A stretch of 54,738 nucleotides of DNA from Candidatus Woesearchaeota archaeon (GTDB lineage Archaea; Nanobdellota; Nanobdellia; SCGC-AAA011-G17; PNOQ01): positions 1 through 54,738 of the forward strand of contig CAYYFK010000003.1 of the NCBI GenBank assembly GCA_964471565.1, read 5' to 3'. The notes beneath the pieces were generated by a model that did no database searches, had not been told where the DNA came from, and was given only the letters and a program-made list of their open reading frames with translations. This document shows, one piece after another, positions 37,323 to 47,597 of this stretch (position 1 is its first letter; the number at the start of each line of letters is the position of its first letter). The position numbers and the translations under genes are program-made.

Positions 37323-39022
37323 TTTTTGGATTCTATTTCTTTTAGTAGATCCTTAATAAATTTATCTATAGAAATATTGAAAGAGACTTTTCCCTCTCTT
37401 GTTCTAATTGCTAGTTTTTTTGACTTTATTTCTTTATCACCTATTGTAATCATGTAGTTTACTTTTTCTTTTTGAGCATCTCTAACTTTCTTTGATATTG
37501 ATTCACTCCTAAAATCAGTTTCAACCCTTATGCCATTTTCTTCTAATTTCTCTTTAAGACTCTCTGCAAATTTATTTGATCTATCTGTAACTGTAATTAC
37601 CTTTGCTTGAACTGGAGAAAGCCATAGTGGAAATTTTCCTGCGTAGTGTTCTATTAATATACCTAAAAATCTTTCTAAAGAACCGAGAATTGCTCTGTGT
37701 ATCATAACAGGCCGATGTTTATGACTATCCTTTCCTGTATATCCAAGATCAAATTTTTCTGGCATTGAAAAATCTACTTGTATAGTTCCACATTGCCATT
37801 TTCTTCCTAGTGAGTCTTTTATATGAAAATCAATTTTTGGACCATAAAAAGCCCCATCACCAGGATTTAATTTGTAATCTATCTTTAATTTTTTCATAGC
37901 CTTTTCTAAGGATGCTTCTGCACTATCCCACATCTTTTTTGTACCAATAGATTTTTCTGGTTTTGTAGATAATTCTAATTCATAGTCTAGTCCGAATGTT
38001 TTGTAGATTTCTTTAGATAGTTCTATCACACCAATTATCTCTTCCTGTAATTGTTTTTCAGTGCAATAAATATGTGCATCATCTTGTGTAAATGCTCTTA
38101 CTCTAAATAATCCATTTATTACTCCCGATAATTCGTTCCTATGTACTAATCCAAGCTCTCCAACTCTCAATGGGAATTCTTTATAGGAATGTAATCTTGA
38201 TTTGTATACTAAAATTCCCCCTGGGCAATTCATTGGTTTAACAGCATAATCTTTTTTGTCTATTTTTGTAAAGTACATATTCTCCTTATAATTATCCCAA
38301 TGACCAGATTTTAACCAAAGTGCCTTGTTTAGAATAATTGGAGTTTTGATTTCTTTATACTTCCAATCTTTATGTATGTCTTTCCAAAATGTTATTAATT
38401 CATCATAAATTATTTGACCTTTTGGATGGAAAAATGGAAATCCTGGAGCCTCTTCATGGAATGAAAATAAATCAAGCTGTTCTCCCAATTTTTTATGATC
38501 TCTTTTTTTTGCTTCTTCTAACATGAATAAATATTTTTTTAACTCTTTTTTTTCATAAAATGCTGTACCATAAATTCTCTGCAACATTTTCTTTTTTGAA
38601 TCTCCTTTCCAATATGCGCCTGCAGTTGATAGTATTTTGAAAGCCTTTATTTCCCCTGTTGACTTTACATGTGGTCCTGCACATAAATCTATAAAATCTC
38701 CCTGTTGGTAGAATGCTGGCTTTGTTTTTAGTTCTTCTAATAATTCTAATTTGTATGGTTGGCCCTTTAGAATTTTTTTTGCTTCTGCTTTTGTTTTTAA
38801 AGATTTTTTTATTGGCAGATCTCTTTTTATTATTTCTAAGGCTCGTTTTTCTATTTTCTCTAAGTCTTCTGGAGTAAATCCTTTGTTTCTGTCAAAATCA
38901 TAATAGAATCCGTTCTCAATTGGTGGACCTATTGCCAATTTTGTTTTTGGAAATAGCTCTAAAACTGCCTGTGCTAGAACATGTGAAGCTGAATGTCTTA
39001 GTGAATCTAGGTCTCTTTTCAT
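37319..39022 (-). CDS. thrS: Threonine--tRNA ligase (bacterial type, no TGS domain)
   Basis: LRHSASH, DLCAGPH, KPMNCPG, RVRAFTQDDAH, GAFYGPKID. Confidence 0.97.
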   Translation of the reverse strand: MKRDLDSLRHSASHVLAQAVLELFPKTKLAIGPPIENGFYYDFDRNKGFTPEDLEKIEKRALEIIKRDLPIKKSLKTKAEAKKILKGQPYKLELLEELKTKPAFYQQGDFIDLCAGPHVKSTGEIKAFKILSTAGAYWKGDSKKKMLQRIYGTAFYEKKELKKYLFMLEEAKKRDHKKLGEQLDLFSFHEEAPGFPFFHPKGQIIYDELITFWKDIHKDWKYKEIKTPIILNKALWLKSGHWDNYKENMYFTKIDKKDYAVKPMNCPGGILVYKSRLHSYKEFPLRVGELGLVHRNELSGVINGLFRVRAFTQDDAHIYCTEKQLQEEIIGVIELSKEIYKTFGLDYELELSTKPEKSIGTKKMWDSAEASLEKAMKKLKIDYKLNPGDGAFYGPKIDFHIKDSLGRKWQCGTIQVDFSMPEKFDLGYTGKDSHKHRPVMIHRAILGSLERFLGILIEHYAGKFPLWLSPVQAKVITVTDRSNKFAESLKEKLEENGIRVETDFRSESISKKVRDAQKEKVNYMITIGDKEIKSKKLAIRTREGKVSFNISIDKFIKDLLKEIESKK

Positions 39023-39104
39023 TATAATTAATTTTTGTTAAATAGTATTTAAATTTATGTATCGTAAAAAGATTTATAAATAAGTATAAAGATATTGAAA
39101 TAGG

Positions 39105-40739
39105 ATGAAAAAAAGAGTATATTTGCTGGCTTTGGTGTTTTTGGCCTGTCTTCCATTTATTAGTGCTGAAGGCAATGAATCTGAAGGCGATTCTACCTAT
39201 AGTATTGAGTTTAATATAGATAAATCTAGAATTCAGTTAGGAGACAATATTTTAATTGATGGAAGTATCTTTAAGGATAATGATCTTTTTGAAGAACAAG
39301 TTAATATGAAGTTTTATTTTACTTCAGAGAGCGATCAAAATGAAATATATTTATCAATTTTTGATGGAACATTTTCATTGTCCCCTTGGTTGAGAGATTT
39401 GCAGAATGGAGATTATGATATCTCTGTTGAATTAATTGATTTGGAGGGGAATTCACTTCATTATTTTGATAATTTGCAAAGTTTATTTATTGATAATACA
39501 CTTGTATTGGATTTAAGTTTGGAAAATGATCAGTTAAATCCTGGAGACAAACTACAAATTCTTGGAAGCATTCTAAGAAATCTTGATAGAAAGGAAATTC
39601 CTTTGGGGCTAGTAACTGTTGAATTGGATGGTGTTGAGTATATCACAGAAGTTAGTAATGGTAATTTAGATTATGAAATTATTCTTAATGATAATATAAG
39701 GTCTAATTTTCATGGTACACTAATTAAAGTAGAGGATAGTTTTGGGAATAGGGGCGAAATTGTTTTAGATTTTTATGTTATTCCTCAAGAGGAATCTTTA
39801 GAGCTAATTTTGGAAAAGAAAAGTTTTTTTCCCGGAGAGGAGATGCGTACCAGGGTAGCACTTTATGATCAATCAAATACCGAGATTATTGAGGATGTTA
39901 ATATCCAGATTTTCAATACAAAGGGGAAAAAGGTTTTTGAAGAAGACTTTTCAACAAGTTCGTATTCTAGATATTTGCTACAAGAATTTGCGCTTCCTGG
40001 AGAATGGAAGATTCAAGTTAAATCAAATAAAATGGAAACTGAGAAATTTGTTGAAGTTTTGATTTCTAAAAATATAGAACTAGAACTACTTGCTCAAAGC
40101 CTGAAAATTAAAAATTCTGGAAATGTAAAATACGAAGACCCTCTTGTTCTATTAGTTTCAAATGGTGAATACGAAAAAACCATTGAATTTAGAACTGGAT
40201 TAAAACCTGGAAGCAATATCAGTATTGATTTATTTAAGTTTCTTGATGATGGAAATTATGATGTTAAATCCTTAAACACTAATGAAACATTTAATTTAGA
40301 AATTTATGATGAAAGGGGATTTGGTTCAAAAACTGGAGATTTCTTTAAGTCTATAACTGGACAAGCTGTTCATGTTTCTGGAAGTAAAAATAGCAATGCT
40401 GCAAGTTATGGATTTGGAATTATTTTCTTATTGTTGATAGTGTTTTCTGCCTTTTTCTTTAATAGAGGCATTTTCGCTAAAAAAGTAAAAAATGTCAAAC
40501 CTGGAAAATTTAAAAGTAAAAATGTTCAATCAAAAATATTGAGAAAATCTGAGGAAGATAAGGAAATTGAAGACTTTAAAACCAGAATATTGAAAGATAT
40601 TGAAAAATCTGGAAATGATAAAGACGAAAAAAAAGAAAATAATAAGCCATTCAATGTTCAACCTTTTTTTCCAATTCAAAAAGAAAAAACTGAAAAGCCA
40701 GAAAGATTTTCTTTTGACAAGCCACTTAGGAAAAAATAA
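39105..40739 (+). CDS. Secreted, membrane-anchored Ig-like/S-layer-like protein
   Basis: Signal peptide, beta-rich acidic domains, ITGQAV before a late TM, basic tail. Confidence 0.75.
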   Translation: MKKRVYLLALVFLACLPFISAEGNESEGDSTYSIEFNIDKSRIQLGDNILIDGSIFKDNDLFEEQVNMKFYFTSESDQNEIYLSIFDGTFSLSPWLRDLQNGDYDISVELIDLEGNSLHYFDNLQSLFIDNTLVLDLSLENDQLNPGDKLQILGSILRNLDRKEIPLGLVTVELDGVEYITEVSNGNLDYEIILNDNIRSNFHGTLIKVEDSFGNRGEIVLDFYVIPQEESLELILEKKSFFPGEEMRTRVALYDQSNTEIIEDVNIQIFNTKGKKVFEEDFSTSSYSRYLLQEFALPGEWKIQVKSNKMETEKFVEVLISKNIELELLAQSLKIKNSGNVKYEDPLVLLVSNGEYEKTIEFRTGLKPGSNISIDLFKFLDDGNYDVKSLNTNETFNLEIYDERGFGSKTGDFFKSITGQAVHVSGSKNSNAASYGFGIIFLLLIVFSAFFFNRGIFAKKVKNVKPGKFKSKNVQSKILRKSEEDKEIEDFKTRILKDIEKSGNDKDEKKENNKPFNVQPFFPIQKEKTEKPERFSFDKPLRKK

Positions 40740-41181
40740 ATATTATATCTTTATCTTCTTCTATTTTTTTAAAATCTTTTAATAATGTTTCTACTTCTTT
40801 TAATTTCTTTGATCTTTTTATAATTGAAATTGCTATTTTATTTTTTGCAACTCTTCTTATCTCTTTTATTGCCTTTTCAATATTTGTGAAGTTTTGTATT
40901 GCTGTTATTGAAATCACAACATCAAATGATTTATCTTCAAAGGGGAGATTTTCTGCTTCCCCGTGTATTACATTTGCTTTTGTTTTTGAAAGCATTCCTT
41001 TACTATTATCAATTCCAGTGTAATCTTTAAATAAGTATGAATAAAATGCTGTTCCGCATCCAACATCTAAAACTTTTTCATTAGTTATCTTTAGTTCGTC
41101 TATTATTTCATTGACTTTTTTTATTTGTTCTTCTTTGTGTAGTTCGTTATAACCTTTTGAGATTTCATCGTAGTAGTTCAT
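40726..41181 (-). CDS. Class I SAM-dependent methyltransferase
   Basis: VLDVGCGT, AENLPFEDKSFDVV. Confidence 0.88.
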   Translation of the reverse strand: MNYYDEISKGYNELHKEEQIKKVNEIIDELKITNEKVLDVGCGTAFYSYLFKDYTGIDNSKGMLSKTKANVIHGEAENLPFEDKSFDVVISITAIQNFTNIEKAIKEIRRVAKNKIAISIIKRSKKLKEVETLLKDFKKIEEDKDIIFIFS

Positions 41182-41269
41182 GATTTTTTTAAATTTAGTA
41201 CATTTAAATAACTATTGCCTTTATATTGAGTCCAAAAATTATTTAAAGAGCATTTTTCCTTTTGAATTA

Positions 41270-41767
41270 ATGATTTTGACTAAAAAAATTATATTAGAAG
41301 AAATACATAAAAAAAGGATAAAAATTACTCCATTTAATAGGAAAAATATTGGTGCTGCATCTATTGATATAACACTAGATAATAAATTTAGAATTTTTGA
41401 AAGTGGGAAAGTTATTCTTGATGAAAAATCCGATTACAAGAAACACACTAAACTAGTTAAAAAGAGTGAATTGGTATTGATGCCGGGTCAATTTATTCTT
41501 GGTATAACAAAAGAAAAAATTAAGTTGCCTGAAGACATCTGTGGATGGATTTATGGAAGGAGTAGATTTGCAAGGTTCGGATTGAGTATTCACTCAACTG
41601 CGTCATTTATGCATCCTGGAATCAACAATAAACAAGTTTTTGAAATTTCGAATTCCTCAAATGTCCCCCTTGTTTTGAAGCCTGGAATAAAAATTGGGCA
41701 GATCATTTTAGAAAGAACTGAAGGAAAGGCAAAATATGCTGGAAAATTTAATAATCAAAAGTTATAA
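41270..41767 (+). CDS. dcd: dCTP deaminase
   Basis: ASIDITL, GRSRFARFGL, HPG, GQIILE; likely start MILTK at 41270. Confidence 0.9.
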   Translation: MILTKKIILEEIHKKRIKITPFNRKNIGAASIDITLDNKFRIFESGKVILDEKSDYKKHTKLVKKSELVLMPGQFILGITKEKIKLPEDICGWIYGRSRFARFGLSIHSTASFMHPGINNKQVFEISNSSNVPLVLKPGIKIGQIILERTEGKAKYAGKFNNQKL

Positions 41768-41793
41768 ATATGAGAATTTTGTTTAACTTTTGT

Positions 41794-41890
41794 GCGAGCG
41801 TAGTTTAGTGGTAGAATTCGACGTTGCCATTGATAAATTTATTTATTAAGCAAAAACGTCGTGACCCGGGTTCGACCCCCGGCGCTCGCA
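41794..41890 (+). tRNA. tRNA-Gly(GCC) with a 26-nt intron at 37/38 (41830-41855)
   Basis: GCGAGCG/CGCTCGC, anticodon arm CGACG-TTGCCA|A-CGTCG, BHB central helix TTGC/GCAA. Confidence 0.93.
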
Positions 41891-42769
41891 TATATTTTTT
41901 ATTAATTTGTTTGTTGGTATTCTTCCATGTTTAGACCATATCTTGAATTTTAGATTATTTTTAAAATTACTAAATCCTATCTTATTATAATATTCTACTG
42001 CTTCTTTTCCAAAGAGATACAAACAATAATTATCATTGTTTTTTCCTATCCTTGGGTTATAACCCAAATGTTCCAGTGCTTTTTTTAGTGAATCTATCAA
42101 ACTTATTTGACTATTAAAAAATATTATTTGTAAATTTGTTTTGTGGTGCCTGTATAACCCCCCATCAGTATCAAAGAGTCCTCTAATGCAGGGAATTAAA
42201 AGAGTACTTTCGTGTAATATCATCTCAGGTATTGATGAATTTTTCTTCTTCCCGAGTTTTAGATTAAATTGTTTTTGTATGTAATTCACTATGTCTCTAG
42301 AATATACCCTACATTGCACACCATTTGACTTTTTGAAATAATATATGCTTGAAGTTTTGTCAAATAAAAACTTAATTAGGTTTGGTATGTATTTGGTTAT
42401 ATATCTTAGGTCTATTTTGCCACAAGTGATTATCAATCCATTTTGATTTATATGTCCATCACCTAAATATATGCCAATTAGTTCAGCAAGCTCTGGAGAA
42501 ATAAACTCTGGAATTTTTATATTTGAATTATTTATCGGTCTTTTCTCAGATATATGTTCATCAAAAGCGGTTGGATTAACATTTATTAAATTACATAATT
42601 CTTGAAATATTGATTCTCGCATACTACAATTCTCTTTGTATAAATGATTTACCATGCTTTTTGAGATATTCAATAATCCTGCTAATTCAATCCATTTTAG
42701 TCCTGTTTTTGTTCTTATTACTTCTAAAAATTCTTTCTGTTTTTCTTTTTTGAAAATTATGTATTCCAT
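41846..42769 (-). CDS. Free-standing double-motif LAGLIDADG endonuclease-family protein with N-terminal HTH (307 aa)
   Basis: LAELIGIYLGDG and IRGLFDTDG; ATG 42769 lies 22 nt after the TATA box; the 3' end runs antisense through tRNA-Gly. Confidence 0.85.
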   Translation of the reverse strand: MEYIIFKKEKQKEFLEVIRTKTGLKWIELAGLLNISKSMVNHLYKENCSMRESIFQELCNLINVNPTAFDEHISEKRPINNSNIKIPEFISPELAELIGIYLGDGHINQNGLIITCGKIDLRYITKYIPNLIKFLFDKTSSIYYFKKSNGVQCRVYSRDIVNYIQKQFNLKLGKKKNSSIPEMILHESTLLIPCIRGLFDTDGGLYRHHKTNLQIIFFNSQISLIDSLKKALEHLGYNPRIGKNNDNYCLYLFGKEAVEYYNKIGFSNFKNNLKFKIWSKHGRIPTNKLIKNICERRGSNPGHDVFA

Positions 42770-42791
42770 TGGTGGTTGATGTAAAAATGTG

Positions 42792-42829
42792 TTTATAAAT
42801 TCTGTTTGCGTGCGTGGCAAGGTGACAAG
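42792..42829 (-). promoter_or_regulatory. 21-nt conserved element (42829-42809), 9-nt spacer and TATA box upstream of LAGLIDADG gene 2
   Basis: Minus strand CTTGTCACCTTGCCACGCACG-N9-TTTATAAA; 20/21 identical to 711-731. Confidence 0.8.
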
Positions 42830-42896
42830 ATGGTTTATTAACTTTGGAGTAGTTATTAATAATAATCTTTATAAAGACCCTCTTGCTTGCGTATTT

Positions 42897-44018
42897 ATGA
42901 AAAATTCCAGTATTTTGGGTTTATTTTTGGTATTATTAATTTTGGTTATGCCTAATATTGGAGCTTTTGGATTTAATAGTGTTTCAAAACCTAATGGACC
43001 AGATTTAATGGTTAGATCTGTGTTTTTTGATGGACTTGTCCAACATGAAGAGACAACTGCATATATTGTGATTGGAAATAGAGGAAATGAAGTTATTCCT
43101 GTTGTTGAGTTTTTATATGATTTTGATTATGAACCTGAAGAAGGAGATGAGGTTTATGAAAGGTTGAGATTTAGTTTAATGCCTGGAGAACTAAAGAAAA
43201 TAAGTTTGACTCATATTTATTTGGATAGTGGTCATCAAACATTTTATTTTATGCTAGACCCCAATGATTTAGTTGAGGAGATTAATGAAGAGAATAATGA
43301 TTATCTTATGACAAATTACATAGAGCCTAGTACGTTGCCAGATTTAGAGATTGATGAGGTGGAGTGGGACACGGAAGGCGCTTTTGATGGAGTTTTGAAT
43401 ATGGATATTGAAAATTTGGGCTATTTCGATATTGATGGCTTTGATTATTTTATTGACTGGGGCGATGGTTCTGGAGAATTAAATCATTATAATGGAATTT
43501 TAGAAGAAGGTGAAACTATTGTTATTGCTCGAGACCATGCTTATCCTGATTATGGAACCTACAATGGATATGTTGAGTTAGATCCTTATAATGAAATTGA
43601 AGAACTTAATGAAGATAATAATTATGAAACATTTAGAGCAAGATTTTACCCTCCTCATTTTGAAGTTTTGGAGACAAGATTTTATTTGGATGGAGAATTG
43701 CTAATACTTGACGAAGGCACCATAATAATTGACCATACTTCTTCTGAGTTGGAAGTGATTATTGAATTTGTAAATCTTCTTGATGAAGAGATTGAGGAGT
43801 TTGAGTCTGATGCCTATATCCGTATTGGAGATTGGGATGATGGAGATTGGGAGAATATAAATAATATCCTGCCTGGATAGATTTTTGTAGTAACACATAG
43901 TTTTTCTATTCCATGGCTTCCTGAATCTGATGGGTGGCTTGAGTTTGAATTTGAGAGTGAAACTGACGATTATGGACGTTATTCTGAAGAATTAGAATTT
44001 GATATTGTTCTTGTCTAA
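42897..44018 (+). CDS. Secreted CARDB/PKD-like repeat protein with an in-frame TAG at 43878-43880
   Basis: Signal peptide, PDL repeats, EE.NE.NN, IDWGDGS; the frame stays open 45 codons past the TAG. Confidence 0.7.
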
Positions 44019-44055
44019 TTATGACTCGCGCATTCTTTTATTTTCAAAGAAATAG

Positions 44056-44628
44056 TTAAAGCATTAATAAACTAATAATAATCCCAGCTATAAGGGGAAT
44101 TAACAAGTTATCATCAATTATATTTTTAAATTTAAAATCTATTAATTCTACATACATGGCAACCATGGATGCTACTAATGCCATATAGAATGGAACAAAA
44201 AAACTGGCAGCTATTGTTGCAGTTATTATTCCAGATATGGTTCCTTCCCAGGTTTTTTTCTTACTAAACCTTGTCTTAATTTTTCCCATTTTACCTATTA
44301 AAGCTGCAAATCCGTCTCCTACAGATAAAACTAAAATTGAAGCATATGCTATATTCTCACTAAATAGGTATAAGGCAATTAACATTCCAGCAAGTGCTGT
44401 TATTGCTCCCCAACCAGGCATAAACATCTTCTTACGGTCCATTTTCTTAAGACCCCAACTAACTAGTGGAATTTTATATTTTTTAGATAAAGGAGAAAGT
44501 ATTAAACCAATAATTAATAATATTAATAATTCAAATCTGGTAATTATTCCTATCTTTAATAAAACAATTGCTGCTATTCCAGAAAAGATATGAAATGTTT
44601 TTCTTCTTAGCTCTAGTAGAGTAAGCAT
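44056..44628 (-). CDS. Dolichol/phytol kinase-like (SEC59/DGK1/VTE5) membrane protein
   Basis: RRKTFH, GDGFAALIG, KTWEG, DDNLLIPL. Confidence 0.85.
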   Translation of the reverse strand: MLTLLELRRKTFHIFSGIAAIVLLKIGIITRFELLILLIIGLILSPLSKKYKIPLVSWGLKKMDRKKMFMPGWGAITALAGMLIALYLFSENIAYASILVLSVGDGFAALIGKMGKIKTRFSKKKTWEGTISGIITATIAASFFVPFYMALVASMVAMYVELIDFKFKNIIDDNLLIPLIAGIIISLLML

Positions 44629-44699
44629 ATTATATTCTGAAATTTATATTATTTAAAATTTTTGGAAAGATATTTAAAGTCTCAATTATATTTTTTATT

Positions 44700-45170
44700 A
44701 TGAATAAAAGAGGAATTAGTCCGTTTATTGCTACAGTTTTACTTATTGGAATAGTCATTATAACTGGAGTTTTTCTACTTGCATTTTATAGTTCTTTTTC
44801 AAGTAATCAAACTGACGAGATAGAGGATCAAACGTATATTACTAGGCTTTGTGTTGAGAAAACTGATTTGAATCTTGGAAAGTCTTGCCGTGTCTCTTAT
44901 CTTACTTCTACTATTAGATTAGATGTTGAAAATGAGGGAGCATATCCAATCTCTTCTGTTAACTTCACATTTTATTTTGGAACTGATGTTGTTGGAACTT
45001 ATGTGTTAACTGATAGTATAAGCGAGTATGGACATATAGTTACCGAGGATATAACGGATTTACAATCCGTACCTGAAAAAATAGGGCATACAAAGTATCT
45101 AGTTGTAAATGGCGAAACTGTAATGTGTGATCCTGCCTTTATAGGACTTGAAATCACCCAGTTATGTTAA
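44700..45170 (+). CDS. Archaeal type IV pilin-like protein
   Basis: Class III signal peptide MNKRG/ISPFIATVLLI. Confidence 0.85.
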   Translation: MNKRGISPFIATVLLIGIVIITGVFLLAFYSSFSSNQTDEIEDQTYITRLCVEKTDLNLGKSCRVSYLTSTIRLDVENEGAYPISSVNFTFYFGTDVVGTYVLTDSISEYGHIVTEDITDLQSVPEKIGHTKYLVVNGETVMCDPAFIGLEITQLC

Positions 45171-45220
45171 GATTCATAAACTAGGAAACACTTTTAAATT
45201 TTGAATTTTGTTTTTTATCT

Positions 45221-46141
45221 ATGAAAAAAATCCCCGAGTTTAAAAATGAGTTTATAGAGAGATATTCTGAATTAACTGATTTTAAAAAATTTAAAGAATT
45301 TTCTTTGAAAGATAAGAGGAAGAGTGTTAGAGTTAATAATTTGAAGATTTCTGTGGATGAATTTAAGAAAAAATATAAGGATTTGAAATTGAAGCAAATT
45401 CCTTGGATTAAAGATGGTTTTTTTGTTAATTCATCTAGAACTGATTTGGGAAATTTTCTTGGACATAGTATGGGGCATTTTTATGTTCAAGAGGCTAGCT
45501 CTATGTTACCAGCTTTAATCTTAGATCCTAAGGAAAATGATTTTGTTTTAGACATGGCTGCTGCCCCTGGAAGTAAAACTACTCAGATTGCTGCTTTAAT
45601 GAAAAATAAAGGATTAATTGTTGCTAATGATAATAACTATAATAGATTGAAGGCTTTGACTATGAATCTACAAAGATCGGGCGTTACTAATACAATTATT
45701 AGTTTAATGGAGGGCAGATTTTTTTCTAAGTTTTCTTTTGATAAAATTTTATTAGATGCGCCTTGCTCTGGTACTGGAACCTTGAGAAAGAGTCCAAATA
45801 CAATTAAAGAGTGGAATGCAAATATGATCAAAAGAACTAGCGGCATTCAAAGACAACTAATTAAAACTGCATTTAATAATTTAAGGGAGGGAGGGACTTT
45901 AGTTTATTCTACTTGTACTTTAGAACCTGAAGAAGATGAGGGAGTTGTTTCTTGGTTGTTAGATGAATTTGAAAATGCTAAGTTGGAGAAAATTAATCTT
46001 TCTGGGTTGAAAAGTTCTCCCGCAGTTTTAGAATTTGAAGGGAAGGAATTTAATTCTGAAGTTAAAAAATGCTTAAGAATTTGGCCTCAAGATAATGACA
46101 CTGATGGTTTCTTTGTTGCTAAGATAAAAAAAGCTTTATAA
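45221..46141 (+). CDS. RsmB/NOP2-family RNA m5C methyltransferase
   Basis: YVQEASSM, DMAAAPGSKT, LLDAPCSG, YSTCT, DGFFVA. Confidence 0.93.
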   Translation: MKKIPEFKNEFIERYSELTDFKKFKEFSLKDKRKSVRVNNLKISVDEFKKKYKDLKLKQIPWIKDGFFVNSSRTDLGNFLGHSMGHFYVQEASSMLPALILDPKENDFVLDMAAAPGSKTTQIAALMKNKGLIVANDNNYNRLKALTMNLQRSGVTNTIISLMEGRFFSKFSFDKILLDAPCSGTGTLRKSPNTIKEWNANMIKRTSGIQRQLIKTAFNNLREGGTLVYSTCTLEPEEDEGVVSWLLDEFENAKLEKINLSGLKSSPAVLEFEGKEFNSEVKKCLRIWPQDNDTDGFFVAKIKKAL

Positions 46142-46163
46142 ACTCTCCTTATTTCGCATTTTT

Positions 46164-46457
46164 ATGGTACATAAAGGAAAATCTAAACGGAAAAAGGTCA
46201 AAAGCGGAAGACATACGGATAGAGATTTGGTTCTTATTTCTGCTGAAGGCACTGATATCTCTGAAAATGGAGACTTGGACTCTAAAATAATCCGAGCCGT
46301 TGCAATTGTTGGAAAAGTTGGAAATAATGAGCTTAGTAAGTTGGTACCGTATCTTGGCCCAGAATATGATGGATCTCCATTAGAAGGAAGAATGAGAAGG
46401 TTAGTAAGGGAAGAAGAACTCCGTTACGAGAGAAAATTCTATCGTTTAAATATGTAG
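46164..46457 (+). CDS. Hypothetical protein
   Basis: 97 aa with a basic N-terminus. Confidence 0.55.
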   Translation: MVHKGKSKRKKVKSGRHTDRDLVLISAEGTDISENGDLDSKIIRAVAIVGKVGNNELSKLVPYLGPEYDGSPLEGRMRRLVREEELRYERKFYRLNM

Positions 46458-46763
46458 CTGGCCATCTTGAGTGTATTTTAATTTGTTTTTCATTGCAATC
46501 TCTGCTTTTTGTAATTCTGAACCCAAATAAGCTGCATGCTCTTTCAAAGAAACTAATTTTTCCCTTATTATTGTGTTATATAATTCTTCTGCGTTTTTTC
46601 CAACGAAAACTGTTGCTTTTTTCAAATCTTTTTTTGGATGATTTGAATTGTCATTTTTTACATGGGCAACTTCAATTTGAGTTTTATTAATTCTAATTAG
46701 AAAATATCCTTTTGGATCTTGTTTCCATTCTTTTTTTGAATTATATTTAGCTTTTATTTTCAT
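46446..46763 (-). CDS. DUF4346-like protein
   Basis: DPKGYFLI, HAAYLG.EL.KAE. Confidence 0.8.
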   Translation of the reverse strand: MKIKAKYNSKKEWKQDPKGYFLIRINKTQIEVAHVKNDNSNHPKKDLKKATVFVGKNAEELYNTIIREKLVSLKEHAAYLGSELQKAEIAMKNKLKYTQDGQLHI

Positions 46764-47520
46764 TTTGCATTTTTATTGCATCCCTATATGTGTCCGGGGC
46801 TTCACAAATTATTGTACAGTTTATTTTTTGTTTCTTTAATTCACTTATAATTGTTTTGAATTCTTCTATTTCTATGGGGATATGATTTTTCTCTCCTTTT
46901 TCTGAATAGGCAATCCCAGAATAATGGCAATGTATATGTTTGTGCCCTTTAAGTTTATTTATTACTTCTTTAAAATCTATATTTCCATTGTTTCTTGCTT
47001 TTAGATGCGCAAAATCTATACAAAAAGCAGTTCCAGATTCTTTTGCTAATTTTAGAGTTTCGTCTAAAGAACCAAATACGCTTACTTTTCCTGTTGTTTC
47101 TGGAGCTAATTTTACATTCCATTTTTTATCTTCAATATATTCTTGTAATAGAATCATTTCTTTCTTTATGTTTTCATAAGTCTCTTCCCTTGTTGATTTC
47201 CCAACAAATCCAGGATGAAACACTATATATTTTGCTCCAAGATAGTGTCCGATTTCACATGCATCCAATATTCTTTTTTTACTCATTGCTACTTTCTTTT
47301 TCTCTGTAGAATTTAAGTTGATAAAATATGATCCGTGTATACTCAAATCTATATCTAACTCTTTAGCTAATTTTCCTATTTCTATTGCATCTTCTTTTTT
47401 CAAATAAGTAGAATATGTGAAAGCAACTTCTGCAGCTTTTAAATTATTTTCATGAAAATATTCTAAGTTTTCTTTGGCTTCACTTTTTCCACCAATACCA
47501 GAAGGACCTATTTTTATCAT
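46747..47520 (-). CDS. nfo: Endonuclease IV-like TIM-barrel AP endonuclease
   Basis: H..YFINL, VFHPG, ETTGK...G, DFAH, H.HY.G, HIP. Confidence 0.88.
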   Translation of the reverse strand: MIKIGPSGIGGKSEAKENLEYFHENNLKAAEVAFTYSTYLKKEDAIEIGKLAKELDIDLSIHGSYFINLNSTEKKKVAMSKKRILDACEIGHYLGAKYIVFHPGFVGKSTREETYENIKKEMILLQEYIEDKKWNVKLAPETTGKVSVFGSLDETLKLAKESGTAFCIDFAHLKARNNGNIDFKEVINKLKGHKHIHCHYSGIAYSEKGEKNHIPIEIEEFKTIISELKKQKINCTIICEAPDTYRDAIKMQNENKS

Positions 47521-47597
47521 TGTTGAAAAGCTAATTTCTCAAGTATATAAAATTTATTATGGGAAGTTTTATAAAATATCTTTATCTAAAGGAATGT

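Noticed and set aside
43878-43880. Genome-wide TAG reassignment or pyrrolysine
   Set aside because: Several genes end normally at TAG (e.g. 4502, 7542, Fic) and no pyl genes are seen.
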